Assembly (NCBI GenBank): GCA_024689505.1
Contig: JAILDJ010000082.1
Coordinates: 7,145-71,144 of the forward strand
Length of the DNA: 64,000 bases
Direction: 5' to 3'
Source of the DNA: Clostridiales bacterium
GTDB taxonomy: Bacteria; Bacillota; Clostridia; Lachnospirales; Bianqueaceae
Shown here one piece after another: positions 27,891 to 37,561 of this stretch. Positions within the stretch are counted from its first letter, which is position 1, and every line of letters begins with the position of its first letter. The translations under genes were made by a program, and so were the position numbers. A model generated the notes under the pieces. The model did not search any database. It had not been told where the DNA came from and saw nothing but the letters and a program-made list of their open reading frames with translations.

Positions 27891-28586
27891 ATGAGTACAA
27901 AACAGAAGATTTTGATTGCGGATGATGATGCGAATATCGCCGAACTCATCTCTTTATACTTGGAAAAAGAAGGTTTTGAGACCCGTAAAGCGGATAATGG
28001 ACGTCAGGCGCTTGAGATCCTCAAGTCCTACGCTGCGGATCTGATCATCCTGGACATCATGATGCCCGAGATGGATGGCTATGAGGTCTGCCGCACGGTC
28101 CGCAAGGACAGCGCCGTGCCGATCATCATGCTGACGGCAAAGGGCGAAACCTTCGATAAGGTCCTGGGGCTTGAACTCGGGGCGGATGATTATATGGTCA
28201 AACCCTTCGATACGAAAGAACTTGTAGCCCGCGTGAAGGCTGTCCTGCGCCGTTCTGCTGCGCCGGAACGCGGCAACGACAAGAAGATCTCCTATCCGGA
28301 TCTGATCATCAACCTGTCCAATTATTCCGTCACCTTCCGTGACCGCGACATCGAAATGCCGCCGAAAGAACTGGAACTGCTGCATTTCCTCGCGTCGCAT
28401 CCCAACCAGGTCTTTACCCGGGAGCAGCTGCTCAATCAGATCTGGGGCTATGAGTATTATGGGGATACCCGTACGGTCGACGTACATATCAAGCGGATCC
28501 GTGAGAAACTGGATCAGGGAGAGGACAATGGCTCCTGGAGCATCAAGACCGTCTGGGGCGTCGGGTATAAGTTCGAAGTAAAGTGA
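27891..28586 (+). CDS. OmpR-family response regulator
   Basis: Receiver domain (ILIADDD..., LDIMMPEMDG, MLTAKG) plus a winged-helix output domain (TVDVHIKRIREKL...VWGVGYKF). Confidence 0.9.
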   Translation: MSTKQKILIADDDANIAELISLYLEKEGFETRKADNGRQALEILKSYAADLIILDIMMPEMDGYEVCRTVRKDSAVPIIMLTAKGETFDKVLGLELGADDYMVKPFDTKELVARVKAVLRRSAAPERGNDKKISYPDLIINLSNYSVTFRDRDIEMPPKELELLHFLASHPNQVFTREQLLNQIWGYEYYGDTRTVDVHIKRIREKLDQGEDNGSWSIKTVWGVGYKFEVK

Positions 28587-28593
28587 GTGTGCC

Positions 28594-30093
28594 ATGACCG
28601 GTACGTTTGTTTCGATCCGAACGAAGTTTTTAAGGGTCTATCTGATCATCCTTGCACTGGTGCTGGTGCTGGTCGCAGGTATCACGCTGACATTCCTGCA
28701 TTCCTATTTCCGGTCCCGCCAGGAGGACGATCTCATGAAGACCCGTGAGATCATCAATCAGGTGCTGACCGAAACGGATTTCAATGAGTCGACTTCGCAG
28801 TCCCGCCTGAATACGGCAGCTCAGGCCATGGATATCACGATCTGGTTCTGCACACGCAGCCGGACCGGCAATATCGAGGTCTATTGCTACGGCGAGGAAG
28901 GCGGTGCCGAGCGGGAACGCCTGCAGCGGAACATGACCCGTCATACCCAGCAGCAGATCGCCAGTGTCCTCAACGGTCAGGACATGGAATTCACTAAAAA
29001 CGCCTTTCCGGAGATCTTTGATGAGAGCACGGTGACCATCGCCTATCAGCAGGACTATATCGAGAGATTCAATCTGATGGGTGTGATGCAGCAGACCATG
29101 AATACAGGCGCTGTCATCCTGAATCTGTCGACTGCCCGTGTCAACACACCGCAGTGGGTGGTCTTCGGTACCATCGTCATCGCCATGGTCTTTGTATCGA
29201 TCATCGCCATGATCATGATCTTGATCCATACCAACAATATCATCCAACCGGTCAGCGAGATGAAGGATATCTCCCGGGCCATCGCAGATGGGGATTTCTC
29301 CAAGGAGATCGCGGTGACGAGCAATGACGAGATCGGTCAGTTGGCGGAGGCCATCAATTCCATGACCAACGATTTGAAAGAACTGGAAAACATGCGCAGC
29401 GGATTTATCGCCAATATTTCGCATGATTTCCGTTCGCCGCTGACGTCGATCCGAGGTTTCCTGGAAGCCATGCTGGATGGGACCATCCCGGAAGAACTGC
29501 ATCCCAAATACATGCAGATCGTGTTGGATGAGACCAACCGCCTTACGAAGATGACCAACAACATCCTGGATCTGACCAAAATGGAGAATGGACAGGATGA
29601 AGTCGTCCGATCGCATTTCGATATCAACGAGATGATCATCAAAATGGCGCTGGGATTCGAACAGCGCATCGAAGAAAAGCAGATTCGGATGGATTTCCAG
29701 TTCTTGCAGGAGAAGCTGATCGTCAATGCGGATCTGGATAAGATCCAGAGGGTGATCTACAATCTGATGGACAACGCATTGAAATTTACCCGCGTGGGGG
29801 ATTCCATCCGCATCGAGACCTCGGCGGTCGGACAGAAAGCAGTTGTCACCGTTGCGGATACCGGCCTTGGGATCGACGAAAAATCCCTGCCGCACATTTT
29901 TGAGCGGTTCAATAAGGGGGATGCGTCCCGCGGTCACGATAAGAAGGGCAATGGCCTGGGTCTTACCATCGTCCGGCAGATCCTGCTCAATCATGGGGAG
30001 GACATCAAGGTCAGCAGTAAGCCGGGAGAGGGCACAAGGTTTACGTTCACCTTGCCCTTGGCATATAAAATCAATCTCGTAGAAAAGAAGTAA
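28594..30093 (+). CDS. Sensor histidine kinase (2 TM, HAMP, HisKA, HATPase_c)
   Basis: FIANISHDFRSPLTSI (H-box), NLMDNALKF (N-box), DTGLGI and GNGLGL (G-boxes). Confidence 0.9.
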   Translation: MTGTFVSIRTKFLRVYLIILALVLVLVAGITLTFLHSYFRSRQEDDLMKTREIINQVLTETDFNESTSQSRLNTAAQAMDITIWFCTRSRTGNIEVYCYGEEGGAERERLQRNMTRHTQQQIASVLNGQDMEFTKNAFPEIFDESTVTIAYQQDYIERFNLMGVMQQTMNTGAVILNLSTARVNTPQWVVFGTIVIAMVFVSIIAMIMILIHTNNIIQPVSEMKDISRAIADGDFSKEIAVTSNDEIGQLAEAINSMTNDLKELENMRSGFIANISHDFRSPLTSIRGFLEAMLDGTIPEELHPKYMQIVLDETNRLTKMTNNILDLTKMENGQDEVVRSHFDINEMIIKMALGFEQRIEEKQIRMDFQFLQEKLIVNADLDKIQRVIYNLMDNALKFTRVGDSIRIETSAVGQKAVVTVADTGLGIDEKSLPHIFERFNKGDASRGHDKKGNGLGLTIVRQILLNHGEDIKVSSKPGEGTRFTFTLPLAYKINLVEKK

Positions 30094-30099
30094 ATACGT

Positions 30100-31059
30100 A
30101 TGAAATCAAAAGTCTGTATGATCGTCAATCCAGGCTCACGCAGCGGAAAGTCCGTTGAGACATGCACCATGGCGGAACAGGTCCTGAAAAACCGGAAGAT
30201 CCCTTATACGGTCCTGTTTACCCAAAAAAAGTGGGACGCCGCACGCTTTGCCAGAAGATTTTGCGAAGAAGCGAACGCCGCCGGTGAGGTCTGCAATCTC
30301 ATCGTATTAGGCGGGGATGGTACGATCAATGAAGCGATCAATGGTATTCCTGATTTTTCAAAAGTTCGTTTCGGTGTTGTCGCCTCCGGTTCCGGGAACG
30401 ATTTCGGCCGCGGTCTGAAGATCAAGGGAACACCCAAAGAGCAGATCCGTTATATCCTGGACGATCTGAAAGAGGGCGTCGCGCCGGACTGGATCGACTT
30501 GGGCAAGGTGACGTATGATAAGGGACGAGGAAGCCGTTATTACGCTATCAGCAGCGGTTTTGGCCTGGACGCGGAGATCACGCGCAGGGTCAATCTCTCT
30601 TCATTGAAAAGTACGCTGAACAAACTGAAACTGGGTAAGTTCGTGTATTTTATCGTGACGATACAGGCTTTGTTCGATATGAAGACGACACGGATGTACG
30701 TACAGCGCGGCGACAGCCATGGGATCTTCAACAAGGCGATCTTCCTCGCAGGCATGAATTTTGTCGGTGAGGGCGGCGGCATTCCCATGGCACCGGATGC
30801 GGATCCGAGAGATGGCAAGCTGTCCGTATGCATGGTCCACAGTGTGCCCAAATGGAAGACGTTCTTCATTCTGCCGATCCTGGCGCTGGGCAAACATAAG
30901 CGGCTGCATGGCGTTCAGCTGTTCAATGAAAGAGAATTCACAGTACAGGCGGATCATCCGTTGGTCCTTCACACCGATGGGGAACATGTCTGCGATACGA
31001 TGGAAGTGCATTATGCCTGCGTACCGCATGCGCTGCCTGTGATTGGATTGAGGGGGTGA
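30100..31059 (+). CDS. Diacylglycerol/lipid kinase family protein (YegS/DagK-like)
   Basis: 319 aa with IVNPGSRSGK and LGGDGTINEAING. Confidence 0.8.
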   Translation: MKSKVCMIVNPGSRSGKSVETCTMAEQVLKNRKIPYTVLFTQKKWDAARFARRFCEEANAAGEVCNLIVLGGDGTINEAINGIPDFSKVRFGVVASGSGNDFGRGLKIKGTPKEQIRYILDDLKEGVAPDWIDLGKVTYDKGRGSRYYAISSGFGLDAEITRRVNLSSLKSTLNKLKLGKFVYFIVTIQALFDMKTTRMYVQRGDSHGIFNKAIFLAGMNFVGEGGGIPMAPDADPRDGKLSVCMVHSVPKWKTFFILPILALGKHKRLHGVQLFNEREFTVQADHPLVLHTDGEHVCDTMEVHYACVPHALPVIGLRG

Positions 31060-31065
31060 GATGTG

Positions 31066-32505
31066 ATGAGCGACCAGTTCAACGAAAACCAGTTTTTTGA
31101 AACGGCGGAACAGCCGCAGGTACAGGAACAGCATCAAAATCCCGATCCCAATCCGGACTATCTTCCACCCCAGTCTCCCTTCTACCGGGAAGACGTGATC
31201 ATGCAGATGCAGATCCGTGAACAGGTGGAGAAAGAGCAGGAAAGACTGCGCCAAAAGGCCCTCAGGCGCCAGCAGCGCCGTGTGGAGCGGCAGACGCATG
31301 GTTGGAAGTTTGGTGTAGCCATACTATCTTTGATCACGCTTTGTGCGTCGACATTTGGCGGAGTGTACTGGGCCAGTACATTGCTCAACCGCACCCACGA
31401 TACAAATCAGACCGGCACGTTTTTCTTCCCGTCGGATGAAAAGGCGGTCAAGGAAGTGGCGGACATCACGGCACTTCAGAATTCTGAATATACATCCATC
31501 GCGGACATCGCAGATGACGTCGGGCACTCCGTCGTTACGATCGTTACGACGGTCGTTGCGCAGGATCCTTCCGGGATCATGGGGGACGCAGCTTATGGTG
31601 AAGCACTGGGCAGCGGCGTGATCATCGGTGAGTCGGAAGATGAGTTATACATTGCTACGAATTTCCACGTCATCAATAATGCCACGGACGTCAAGGTCCT
31701 GATGGGAAGCGATGAGACGGTCTCTGCGACAGCGTATTATAAGGGTTCGGATTCCGGCAGCGATCTGGCTGTGATCTATGTAAAAAAATCGGACCTGGAC
31801 GAGGATACGCTCAAGGAGATCAAGATCGCCACACTGGGGGACAGTGACAGTCTGAAGGTCGGGGATCTGGCTATCGCCATCGGCAGCCCGGTCAATAAGA
31901 CGTACAGCAATACCGTCACGGCCGGCATCATCAGCGGACTCGAACGGTCCGTATCTTTCAAGGATGAGGACACGGGACTGGTCAATACATTGATCCTGCT
32001 GCAGACCGACGCAGCGATCAATCCGGGCAATTCCGGCGGAGCACTTGTCAACGGCCGTGGTGAGATCATCGGCATCAATGATGCCAAGATCGTGTCTTCG
32101 GACGTCGAAGGTATGGGCTTCGCGATCCCGATCTCAACAGCCAAACCAGTGCTGGAAGAATTGATCAATCATGGCAAGGTCATCCAGCCGTATCTGGGCA
32201 TCACAGGATCCGGCATCGATGCGGCGTCGGAGTTTGCCGTGACCTACGGCATGTTCTCTGGTGTGTACGTCCAGTCCGTTCTGGAAGGGCTGTCCGCGGA
32301 TAAGGCCGGCATCCAGGTGGATGATGTCATCATCGAGTTCAACGGACAGAAGATCGATACGTTCAAGGATCTGACGGATGCTCTCCACGCGTGTGAGATC
32401 GGCCAGACGGTCGAAGTCAAGGTCGTGCGCGGTTACGTCGATGGGGATCCGGAGACAGTGACACTTTCCTTGACGATACAGGAAAAACCGGGAGATTTTG
32501 ATTGA
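31066..32505 (+). CDS. HtrA/DegP-type membrane-anchored serine protease with PDZ domain
   Basis: One TM segment (FGVAILSLITLCASTFGG). The trypsin-fold triad context is TNFHVI, DLAVI and GNSGGALV, with a C-terminal PDZ. A GTG at 31063 is an alternative start. Confidence 0.85.
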   Translation: MSDQFNENQFFETAEQPQVQEQHQNPDPNPDYLPPQSPFYREDVIMQMQIREQVEKEQERLRQKALRRQQRRVERQTHGWKFGVAILSLITLCASTFGGVYWASTLLNRTHDTNQTGTFFFPSDEKAVKEVADITALQNSEYTSIADIADDVGHSVVTIVTTVVAQDPSGIMGDAAYGEALGSGVIIGESEDELYIATNFHVINNATDVKVLMGSDETVSATAYYKGSDSGSDLAVIYVKKSDLDEDTLKEIKIATLGDSDSLKVGDLAIAIGSPVNKTYSNTVTAGIISGLERSVSFKDEDTGLVNTLILLQTDAAINPGNSGGALVNGRGEIIGINDAKIVSSDVEGMGFAIPISTAKPVLEELINHGKVIQPYLGITGSGIDAASEFAVTYGMFSGVYVQSVLEGLSADKAGIQVDDVIIEFNGQKIDTFKDLTDALHACEIGQTVEVKVVRGYVDGDPETVTLSLTIQEKPGDFD

Positions 32506-32506
32506 T

Positions 32507-33463
32507 ATGCGATTCATACAGACTTTAAAAGAGGGAGACCATGTTTTAGAACACTATTTCTGTAAAGATAAGCAGAAAATGGTCACCAAAGCCGGTAAGA
32601 ACTATTTCAATGTGACATTGCAGGACAAGACCGGTACATTGAACGCGAAGATCTGGGACTTGACGCCCCAGATCTTCGATTTCAACAAGAACCAGATGGT
32701 CAAGATCGATGCACAGATCACGTCCTATCAGGGAGATCTGCAGGCCAATATCTACCGGATCCGGCCCAGCGAACCTGGAGAATATGATCTTGCGGATTTC
32801 ATCCGTCAGACGGACAAGGACGTGGAGCAGCTGTATCAAGGGCTCCTGCGCCGCATCGGTGAAGTCAGGGATCCGAAACTGCGGCAGCTGCTGGAAAGCT
32901 TCTTTGTGGACGATGCGAAGTTCGTCAAGAGATTCAAAGAACATCCGGCGGCCAAAAGTGTGCATCATAATTATCTGGGCGGCCTGATCGAGCATGTATC
33001 CGCTGTTGTGGAGAATGCAGTATACATGGCGGATGCCTATCCCGGGGTAGACAGGGATCTGGTCATTACAGGCGCGATGCTGCACGATATTGGCAAGGTC
33101 CGGGAGCTGACAGAGATGCCGGTGGCGGAGTACACGGATGCCGGTCAGATGCTGGGCCACATCATCCTGGGCTATAACATGGTACAGGAGCGGATGAACC
33201 GGCTTGGCGCTTTTCCGCGTCTGCAGCAGGAACTTTTGCTGCACATCATCCTGTCCCATCATGGGGAGCTGGAATTCGGTTCTCCCAAGGTTCCCATGAC
33301 CCGAGAGGCCATGATCGTACATTTCGCGGACAATATCGATGCTAAGATGAAAGTCATGGAGACTTTTGTAGAAGAGGATCCGTCTGATGGGCATTGGACG
33401 TCCTTTAATCGATTCCTGAACCGGAATCTCTATAAACCGGAGAAGAAGGATCCGCAGAAGTGA
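32507..33463 (+). CDS. yhaM: 3'-5' exoribonuclease YhaM (OB fold + HD domain)
   Basis: HHNYLGGLIEH, MLHDIGK and ILSHHGELEFGSP. ATG 32507 lies just after the HtrA stop. Confidence 0.8.
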   Translation: MRFIQTLKEGDHVLEHYFCKDKQKMVTKAGKNYFNVTLQDKTGTLNAKIWDLTPQIFDFNKNQMVKIDAQITSYQGDLQANIYRIRPSEPGEYDLADFIRQTDKDVEQLYQGLLRRIGEVRDPKLRQLLESFFVDDAKFVKRFKEHPAAKSVHHNYLGGLIEHVSAVVENAVYMADAYPGVDRDLVITGAMLHDIGKVRELTEMPVAEYTDAGQMLGHIILGYNMVQERMNRLGAFPRLQQELLLHIILSHHGELEFGSPKVPMTREAMIVHFADNIDAKMKVMETFVEEDPSDGHWTSFNRFLNRNLYKPEKKDPQK

Positions 33464-34854
33464 ATAAAAACGATTTATTGAAAGTCCGCATCACGGATCT
33501 GGACCAGGAAGGCATTGGCATCGGGCATACGGATACAGGCATGGCAATGTTTGTCAAGGATACCGTGCCTGGCGATCTGATCATGGCGCGAGTCGTCAAG
33601 GTGAAAAAGAGCCTGGCTTTCGGCCGGGTCGAGCAGGTGATCGAGCCTTCTCCGGAACGGATCAAGCCTGCATGTCCCAAGGCCAGAGCCTGCGGCGGTT
33701 GCGTGCTGCAGCAAATGGCGTATCCGGCACAGCTTGCGGTGAAGCAGCGCAAGGTGGAAGAAGCGCTGCGGCGCATCGGCGGGGTCGCACATCCGGAGCT
33801 TCTGATGGAGCCGATCACGGGCATGGAGATCCCCTGGGAGTTCCGCAACAAAATGCAGTTTCCCTTCGGACAGGTCGACGGCCATACGGTCCTCGGATTC
33901 TATGCCGGCCGCACTCATGCGCTGGTACCGCTGGACGACTGCGCTGTGGGACATCCGGTCAACCGGGAAGTCATGCGTATCGTCTGCCGATGGGCGGATC
34001 AGTACGGTATATCTACCTATGATGAAACAACGCACCAAGGGCTGCTGCGTCATCTATTGACGCGCGTCGGCTTTGCTACCGGGGAACTGATGGTCTGTCT
34101 GGTCATCAACGGGCGAAAAGTACCTTACGCGGACAAACTGTGGGGCATGCTGGAGCGCATTGTGGAGTCCTATGGGGTCCAGATGGTCTCCCTTATGTAT
34201 AATGTCAATACGGATCACACCAATCGGATCTTAGGCGCCCATTCTTTCACTTTGCATGGACAGCCCTTTATCACCGATACGATCGGCACGTTGTCTTTCC
34301 GTATCTCTCCTGGGTCTTTCTATCAGGTCAATCCTGTACAGACGCAGCGTATCTACGAAAAAGCGATGGAATACGCGAACTTGAACGGTGATGAGACCGT
34401 ATGGGACATGTATTGTGGCACGGGAACGATCTCCCTGTTCCTGTCCCAGAAAGCGCACAAAGTCTATGGTGTAGAGATCGTGCCGGAGGCCATCCGTGAC
34501 GCACGCCAGAATGCAGCCGACAACGGGATCAAAAACGTGGAATTCTTTGTTGGCAAAGCAGAGGAGGTCGTACCGGAATGGTTCCGGACGCAAGGCGCGA
34601 ATACACGGATCGATGTTGTGGTCGTGGATCCGCCGCGTAAGGGCTGTGATGCGATGTTATTGGATACGCTGGTCCGCATGCAGCCCGAAAGGATCGTGTA
34701 TGTCTCATGCAATCCGGCAACACTGGCCCGGGACGTGAAGATCCTGGAATCACAGGGATATCTGGTTGAAAAAGCGGCGCCGTTTGATGCGTTCTGTCAT
34801 ACGATGCATTGTGAATCCGTCGTGAAACTTGTCCAAGCCGGATCGAGACCATGA
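33460..34854 (+). CDS. rlmD: 23S rRNA (uracil-C5)-methyltransferase RlmD/RumA family (TRAM + Fe-S + SAM MTase)
   Basis: N-terminal TRAM domain, the cluster cysteines C-x6-CGGC, and VVDPPRKG. The GTG start overlaps the yhaM stop. Confidence 0.8.
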   Translation: MNKNDLLKVRITDLDQEGIGIGHTDTGMAMFVKDTVPGDLIMARVVKVKKSLAFGRVEQVIEPSPERIKPACPKARACGGCVLQQMAYPAQLAVKQRKVEEALRRIGGVAHPELLMEPITGMEIPWEFRNKMQFPFGQVDGHTVLGFYAGRTHALVPLDDCAVGHPVNREVMRIVCRWADQYGISTYDETTHQGLLRHLLTRVGFATGELMVCLVINGRKVPYADKLWGMLERIVESYGVQMVSLMYNVNTDHTNRILGAHSFTLHGQPFITDTIGTLSFRISPGSFYQVNPVQTQRIYEKAMEYANLNGDETVWDMYCGTGTISLFLSQKAHKVYGVEIVPEAIRDARQNAADNGIKNVEFFVGKAEEVVPEWFRTQGANTRIDVVVVDPPRKGCDAMLLDTLVRMQPERIVYVSCNPATLARDVKILESQGYLVEKAAPFDAFCHTMHCESVVKLVQAGSRP

Positions 34855-34883
34855 TCAATACCTGAAACGAGGCATTGAGTAAA

Positions 34884-35996
34884 ATGACATTGTGGGTCCT
34901 GGAAATCATCCTATTGATGACAGCCCTGTATGTCCTGCAGATACCACTGCGTACAAAGAGACATCCGGTTTGGCGAGTGACCGTCTTTATGATCAAAGTT
35001 CTTTTGATCCCTGCCGCAGCCCTGTTTTTTGTTGCCATAGAAAGCCCCTTAGCCTACCGCCGTTCAGATATGTTCGCGGCTGCATACATCGTTTTGTTTT
35101 CTGATGTTTGCGCAAGCATCGTGGAATACCTGATCCGAAGGCTCAAACGAGGCAGAGGAAGGGAAGCGGGGAAGGGCTCTTGCCAGCTGAAGCTGATCGG
35201 CATTCTGAGCGTTGTTTTATGCATTTGTATCTTCAGTTATGGATCTGTGAATGCAGGCCGCATCAAAGAAAAGAAACATACCTGGAAAGTCGAAGGCGTT
35301 ACCCAGGCGCATACCTTTGCTTTTGCTGCAGACCTTCATGTCGAATCGGCTCAGTCGATGGAAAATGTGAAGGAATTCTGCCGGCAGGTGAATGCTGCGG
35401 CTCCGGAATTCGTGATACTGGGCGGCGACGTGACCGATGAACTGACGTCGTACGATGATATGCGGGAGACGTATCGTCTCCTCTCGGAAATAGAGGCTCC
35501 TGTTTTCTTTATATACGGGAACCATGATCGGCAGCCGGATGCCTCATACTTCGACGGACGGACCTACAGTGACGAGCAGCTGGAGGAGGCGATCCGTGGT
35601 GCCGGCATCACCATATTGTCAGATCAGTTCTTGAAGGTGGCCGATGATCTCACCGTGCTTGGAAGAGAAGATATCTCTATGGAAGAGAAACGCGCGGACT
35701 GGTCAGACCTCGTTGATACATTTGAGGGGACAGGCGCGTTGGTCGTGGCAGATCATCAACCATATGACAAGGAACAGTTAGCAGAAGAAAGATCCGCGGT
35801 GCAGCTCTCCGGCCATACGCATGCGGGACAGCTGTGGCCTCTGCAGATCGTGTATCGCATGATGGGTCTGCCCGCATACGGCGCATTTGAGAAACCTGGC
35901 ACGCTCCTGTACGTGTCGGCTGGAGTCGGCGTCTGGAGCATGCCTCTGAGAACGGAAGCAAACTGTGAGTGGGAACTCATCACGCTGGTTCCATAG
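34884..35996 (+). CDS. Membrane-anchored metallophosphoesterase (YkuE-like)
   Basis: N-terminal TM helices followed by AADLH, GGDVTDE, GNHD and SGHTHAGQ. The ATG at 34884 follows GAGG. A TTG at 34875 is an alternative start. Confidence 0.8.
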   Translation: MTLWVLEIILLMTALYVLQIPLRTKRHPVWRVTVFMIKVLLIPAAALFFVAIESPLAYRRSDMFAAAYIVLFSDVCASIVEYLIRRLKRGRGREAGKGSCQLKLIGILSVVLCICIFSYGSVNAGRIKEKKHTWKVEGVTQAHTFAFAADLHVESAQSMENVKEFCRQVNAAAPEFVILGGDVTDELTSYDDMRETYRLLSEIEAPVFFIYGNHDRQPDASYFDGRTYSDEQLEEAIRGAGITILSDQFLKVADDLTVLGREDISMEEKRADWSDLVDTFEGTGALVVADHQPYDKEQLAEERSAVQLSGHTHAGQLWPLQIVYRMMGLPAYGAFEKPGTLLYVSAGVGVWSMPLRTEANCEWELITLVP

Positions 35997-36008
35997 TAGT
36001 AAACAAGA

Positions 36009-36456
36009 ATGAGAAAAATAAGTATTGCCTTTGTTTTGATGTTGTTGCTATTTGTTTCTTTGAATGGCTGTTCTTCGAAACGAAAAGATACAAAGATGTC
36101 CGTTCGTGTCTTGATCCTTCCGAAATTTGAAGTAGAAGAGCTTTCAGGAGATTTCCCAGGAGAAGCACAGTACTTTTTTGAGGAATATCTCTCAGGTGGC
36201 GACGTATTTGACATTGACGGGTGTCCGGAAGCAACCAAATTATATTATAAAAATGGCGTGGCGATGTGCGTCGTCGGCCAGGATCAAGGCGGTAGAAAGA
36301 GATCGCCTCGGGGAAAAATACCTTGGGAAATAGATCACGCATGAGCTGCTCTCTGAGTTCAAGCAAAAAGGAATAGATGTTTGCGGTGAGAATGGAGAGT
36401 ATCATTCCGTTTATGATGTTCTTATTCGGCAGTGGCGGAAGTCGATCCAACTATAA
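36009..36456 (+). pseudogene. Decayed lipoprotein gene (N-terminal fragment resembling phosphorylase-superfamily / purine-nucleoside-permease-like proteins)
   Basis: A lipoprotein signal (LLLFVSLNGC|SS) leads into VRVLILPKFEVEELSGDFPGEAQYFFEEYL...GVAMCVVGQ. The frame degenerates at about residue 90 and stops at 36344. A second open stretch in another frame (ITHELLSEFKQKGIDVCGENGEYHSVYDVLIRQW) ends at 36456. Confidence 0.45.
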
Positions 36457-36494
36457 TACAACTGTACAGATTATTTTATGAGGAGAGTCGAAAT

Positions 36495-36977
36495 ATGAAA
36501 GATCATAATAAGATCCTGTCGTTGACACACGCGGCTTTGATCGCGGCATTATATGTCGTACTGACGTTGATCTTCGCGCCGATCTCTTTTGGGCCGATGC
36601 AGGTGCGCATCGCGGAGATGTTGACGATACTTCCGATGTTTACCAGTGCCGCGATCCCCGGCTTGTTCATCGGTTGTATACTGGCAAATATCATCGGCGG
36701 CGCAATCATATGGGATGTCATTTTCGGCAGCATCGCGACGTTGATCGGTGCGGTTTTCGGATATCTTCTCAGGAAGAACCGCTGGCTCGTGCCGATCCCT
36801 GCGATCATTGCCAACGCACTGATCGTACCACCGATCCTGTGGTATGGATATGGTTTCACCGACACACCTTTGATCCTGATGGTCGTTTATGTGGCTGTGG
36901 GTGAGATCATCGGATGCTATATTCTGGGTGAGTTGTTCGCGACGGTGCTTTTGAGATATAAAAAAGCGTTGAAATAA
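36495..36977 (+). CDS. queT: Queuosine-precursor transporter QueT (ECF S-component-like)
   Basis: LSLTHAALIAALYVVLTLIFAPISFGPMQVRIAEMLTILP. It has about 5 TM segments. The ATG at 36495 follows AGGAGAG. Confidence 0.8.
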   Translation: MKDHNKILSLTHAALIAALYVVLTLIFAPISFGPMQVRIAEMLTILPMFTSAAIPGLFIGCILANIIGGAIIWDVIFGSIATLIGAVFGYLLRKNRWLVPIPAIIANALIVPPILWYGYGFTDTPLILMVVYVAVGEIIGCYILGELFATVLLRYKKALK

Positions 36978-37028
36978 GGATCTGATGCCGGAAGCCGGTC
37001 TATGATGCACGTAATTTGACCGGATGAA

Positions 37029-37057
37029 TTGACAAAAACGGCTTTTCCTGTTATGTT
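37029..37057 (+). promoter_or_regulatory. Candidate promoter of the small lipoprotein gene
   Basis: TTGACA (37029-37034), 17 nt, then TATGTT (37052-37057). Confidence 0.35.
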
Positions 37058-37113
37058 ATTAATAACAAAAGTCTCATATTTAGGTGTGAGCAATGTAAAA
37101 AGGAGAGAACAAA

Positions 37114-37485
37114 ATGAAGAGAAGAATCATTGCGTTAGTGTTGCTTGTTGCTGCGCTGATTGCTCTTGTCGGCTGCTCAGGTGGAGGCGGTGCCACGGGG
37201 ACATATAAGCTGACCAAGTTTATGGGCATGGAAATCGAGCAGGCGAATTCTCTGTATGGTCTGGGCGGTGGCGAAGGTTCCTTAGAGGACATGTTCGTCC
37301 TCACGCTTAAATCCGGCGGCAAGGCCGACTTCGAGGTCGATGGCGAAAAGCAGGAAGTCAATTATAAGATCTCCGGCGAGAATATCGAATTATCCCTTGA
37401 TGGCGAAAGCATCAACGGCACCATCAAAGATAAAGTGATCACGCTGTCCGTCGAGGGTATCGAGCTTGAGTTTACCAAGAAATAA
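37114..37485 (+). CDS. Small secreted lipoprotein, function unknown
   Basis: Signal peptide and lipobox LIALVGC|SGGGG. 123 aa, with the RBS AAAGGAGAG. Confidence 0.7.
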   Translation: MKRRIIALVLLVAALIALVGCSGGGGATGTYKLTKFMGMEIEQANSLYGLGGGEGSLEDMFVLTLKSGGKADFEVDGEKQEVNYKISGENIELSLDGESINGTIKDKVITLSVEGIELEFTKK

Positions 37486-37501
37486 GCATTGATCGATTCA
37501 A

Positions 37502-37542
37502 AAGCTCCGCTCTGTATCCAGGGTGGAGCTTGATTTTATTTT
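37502..37542 (+). terminator. Rho-independent terminator
   Basis: AAGCTCC (37502-37508) pairs with GGAGCTT (37525-37531), followed by GATTTTATTTT. Confidence 0.65.
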
Positions 37543-37561
37543 GTGAGAGGGTGAATGGATC

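Noticed and set aside
33460-34854. Two RumA-type methyltransferase genes (33460-34854 and 63853 onward), two AraC genes and two UvrD-like genes, considered as evidence of recent duplication or repeats.
   Set aside because: The paired proteins differ in length, domain content and sequence, and I see no DNA-level repeat. They are ordinary paralogues.
36400-36494. A preQ1-I riboswitch upstream of queT.
   Set aside because: I found no P1 stem followed by the conserved ACCC and an A-rich tail, and no CCC at all in the leader. Classes II and III could not be judged by eye, so this is kept only as a low-priority check in the findings.
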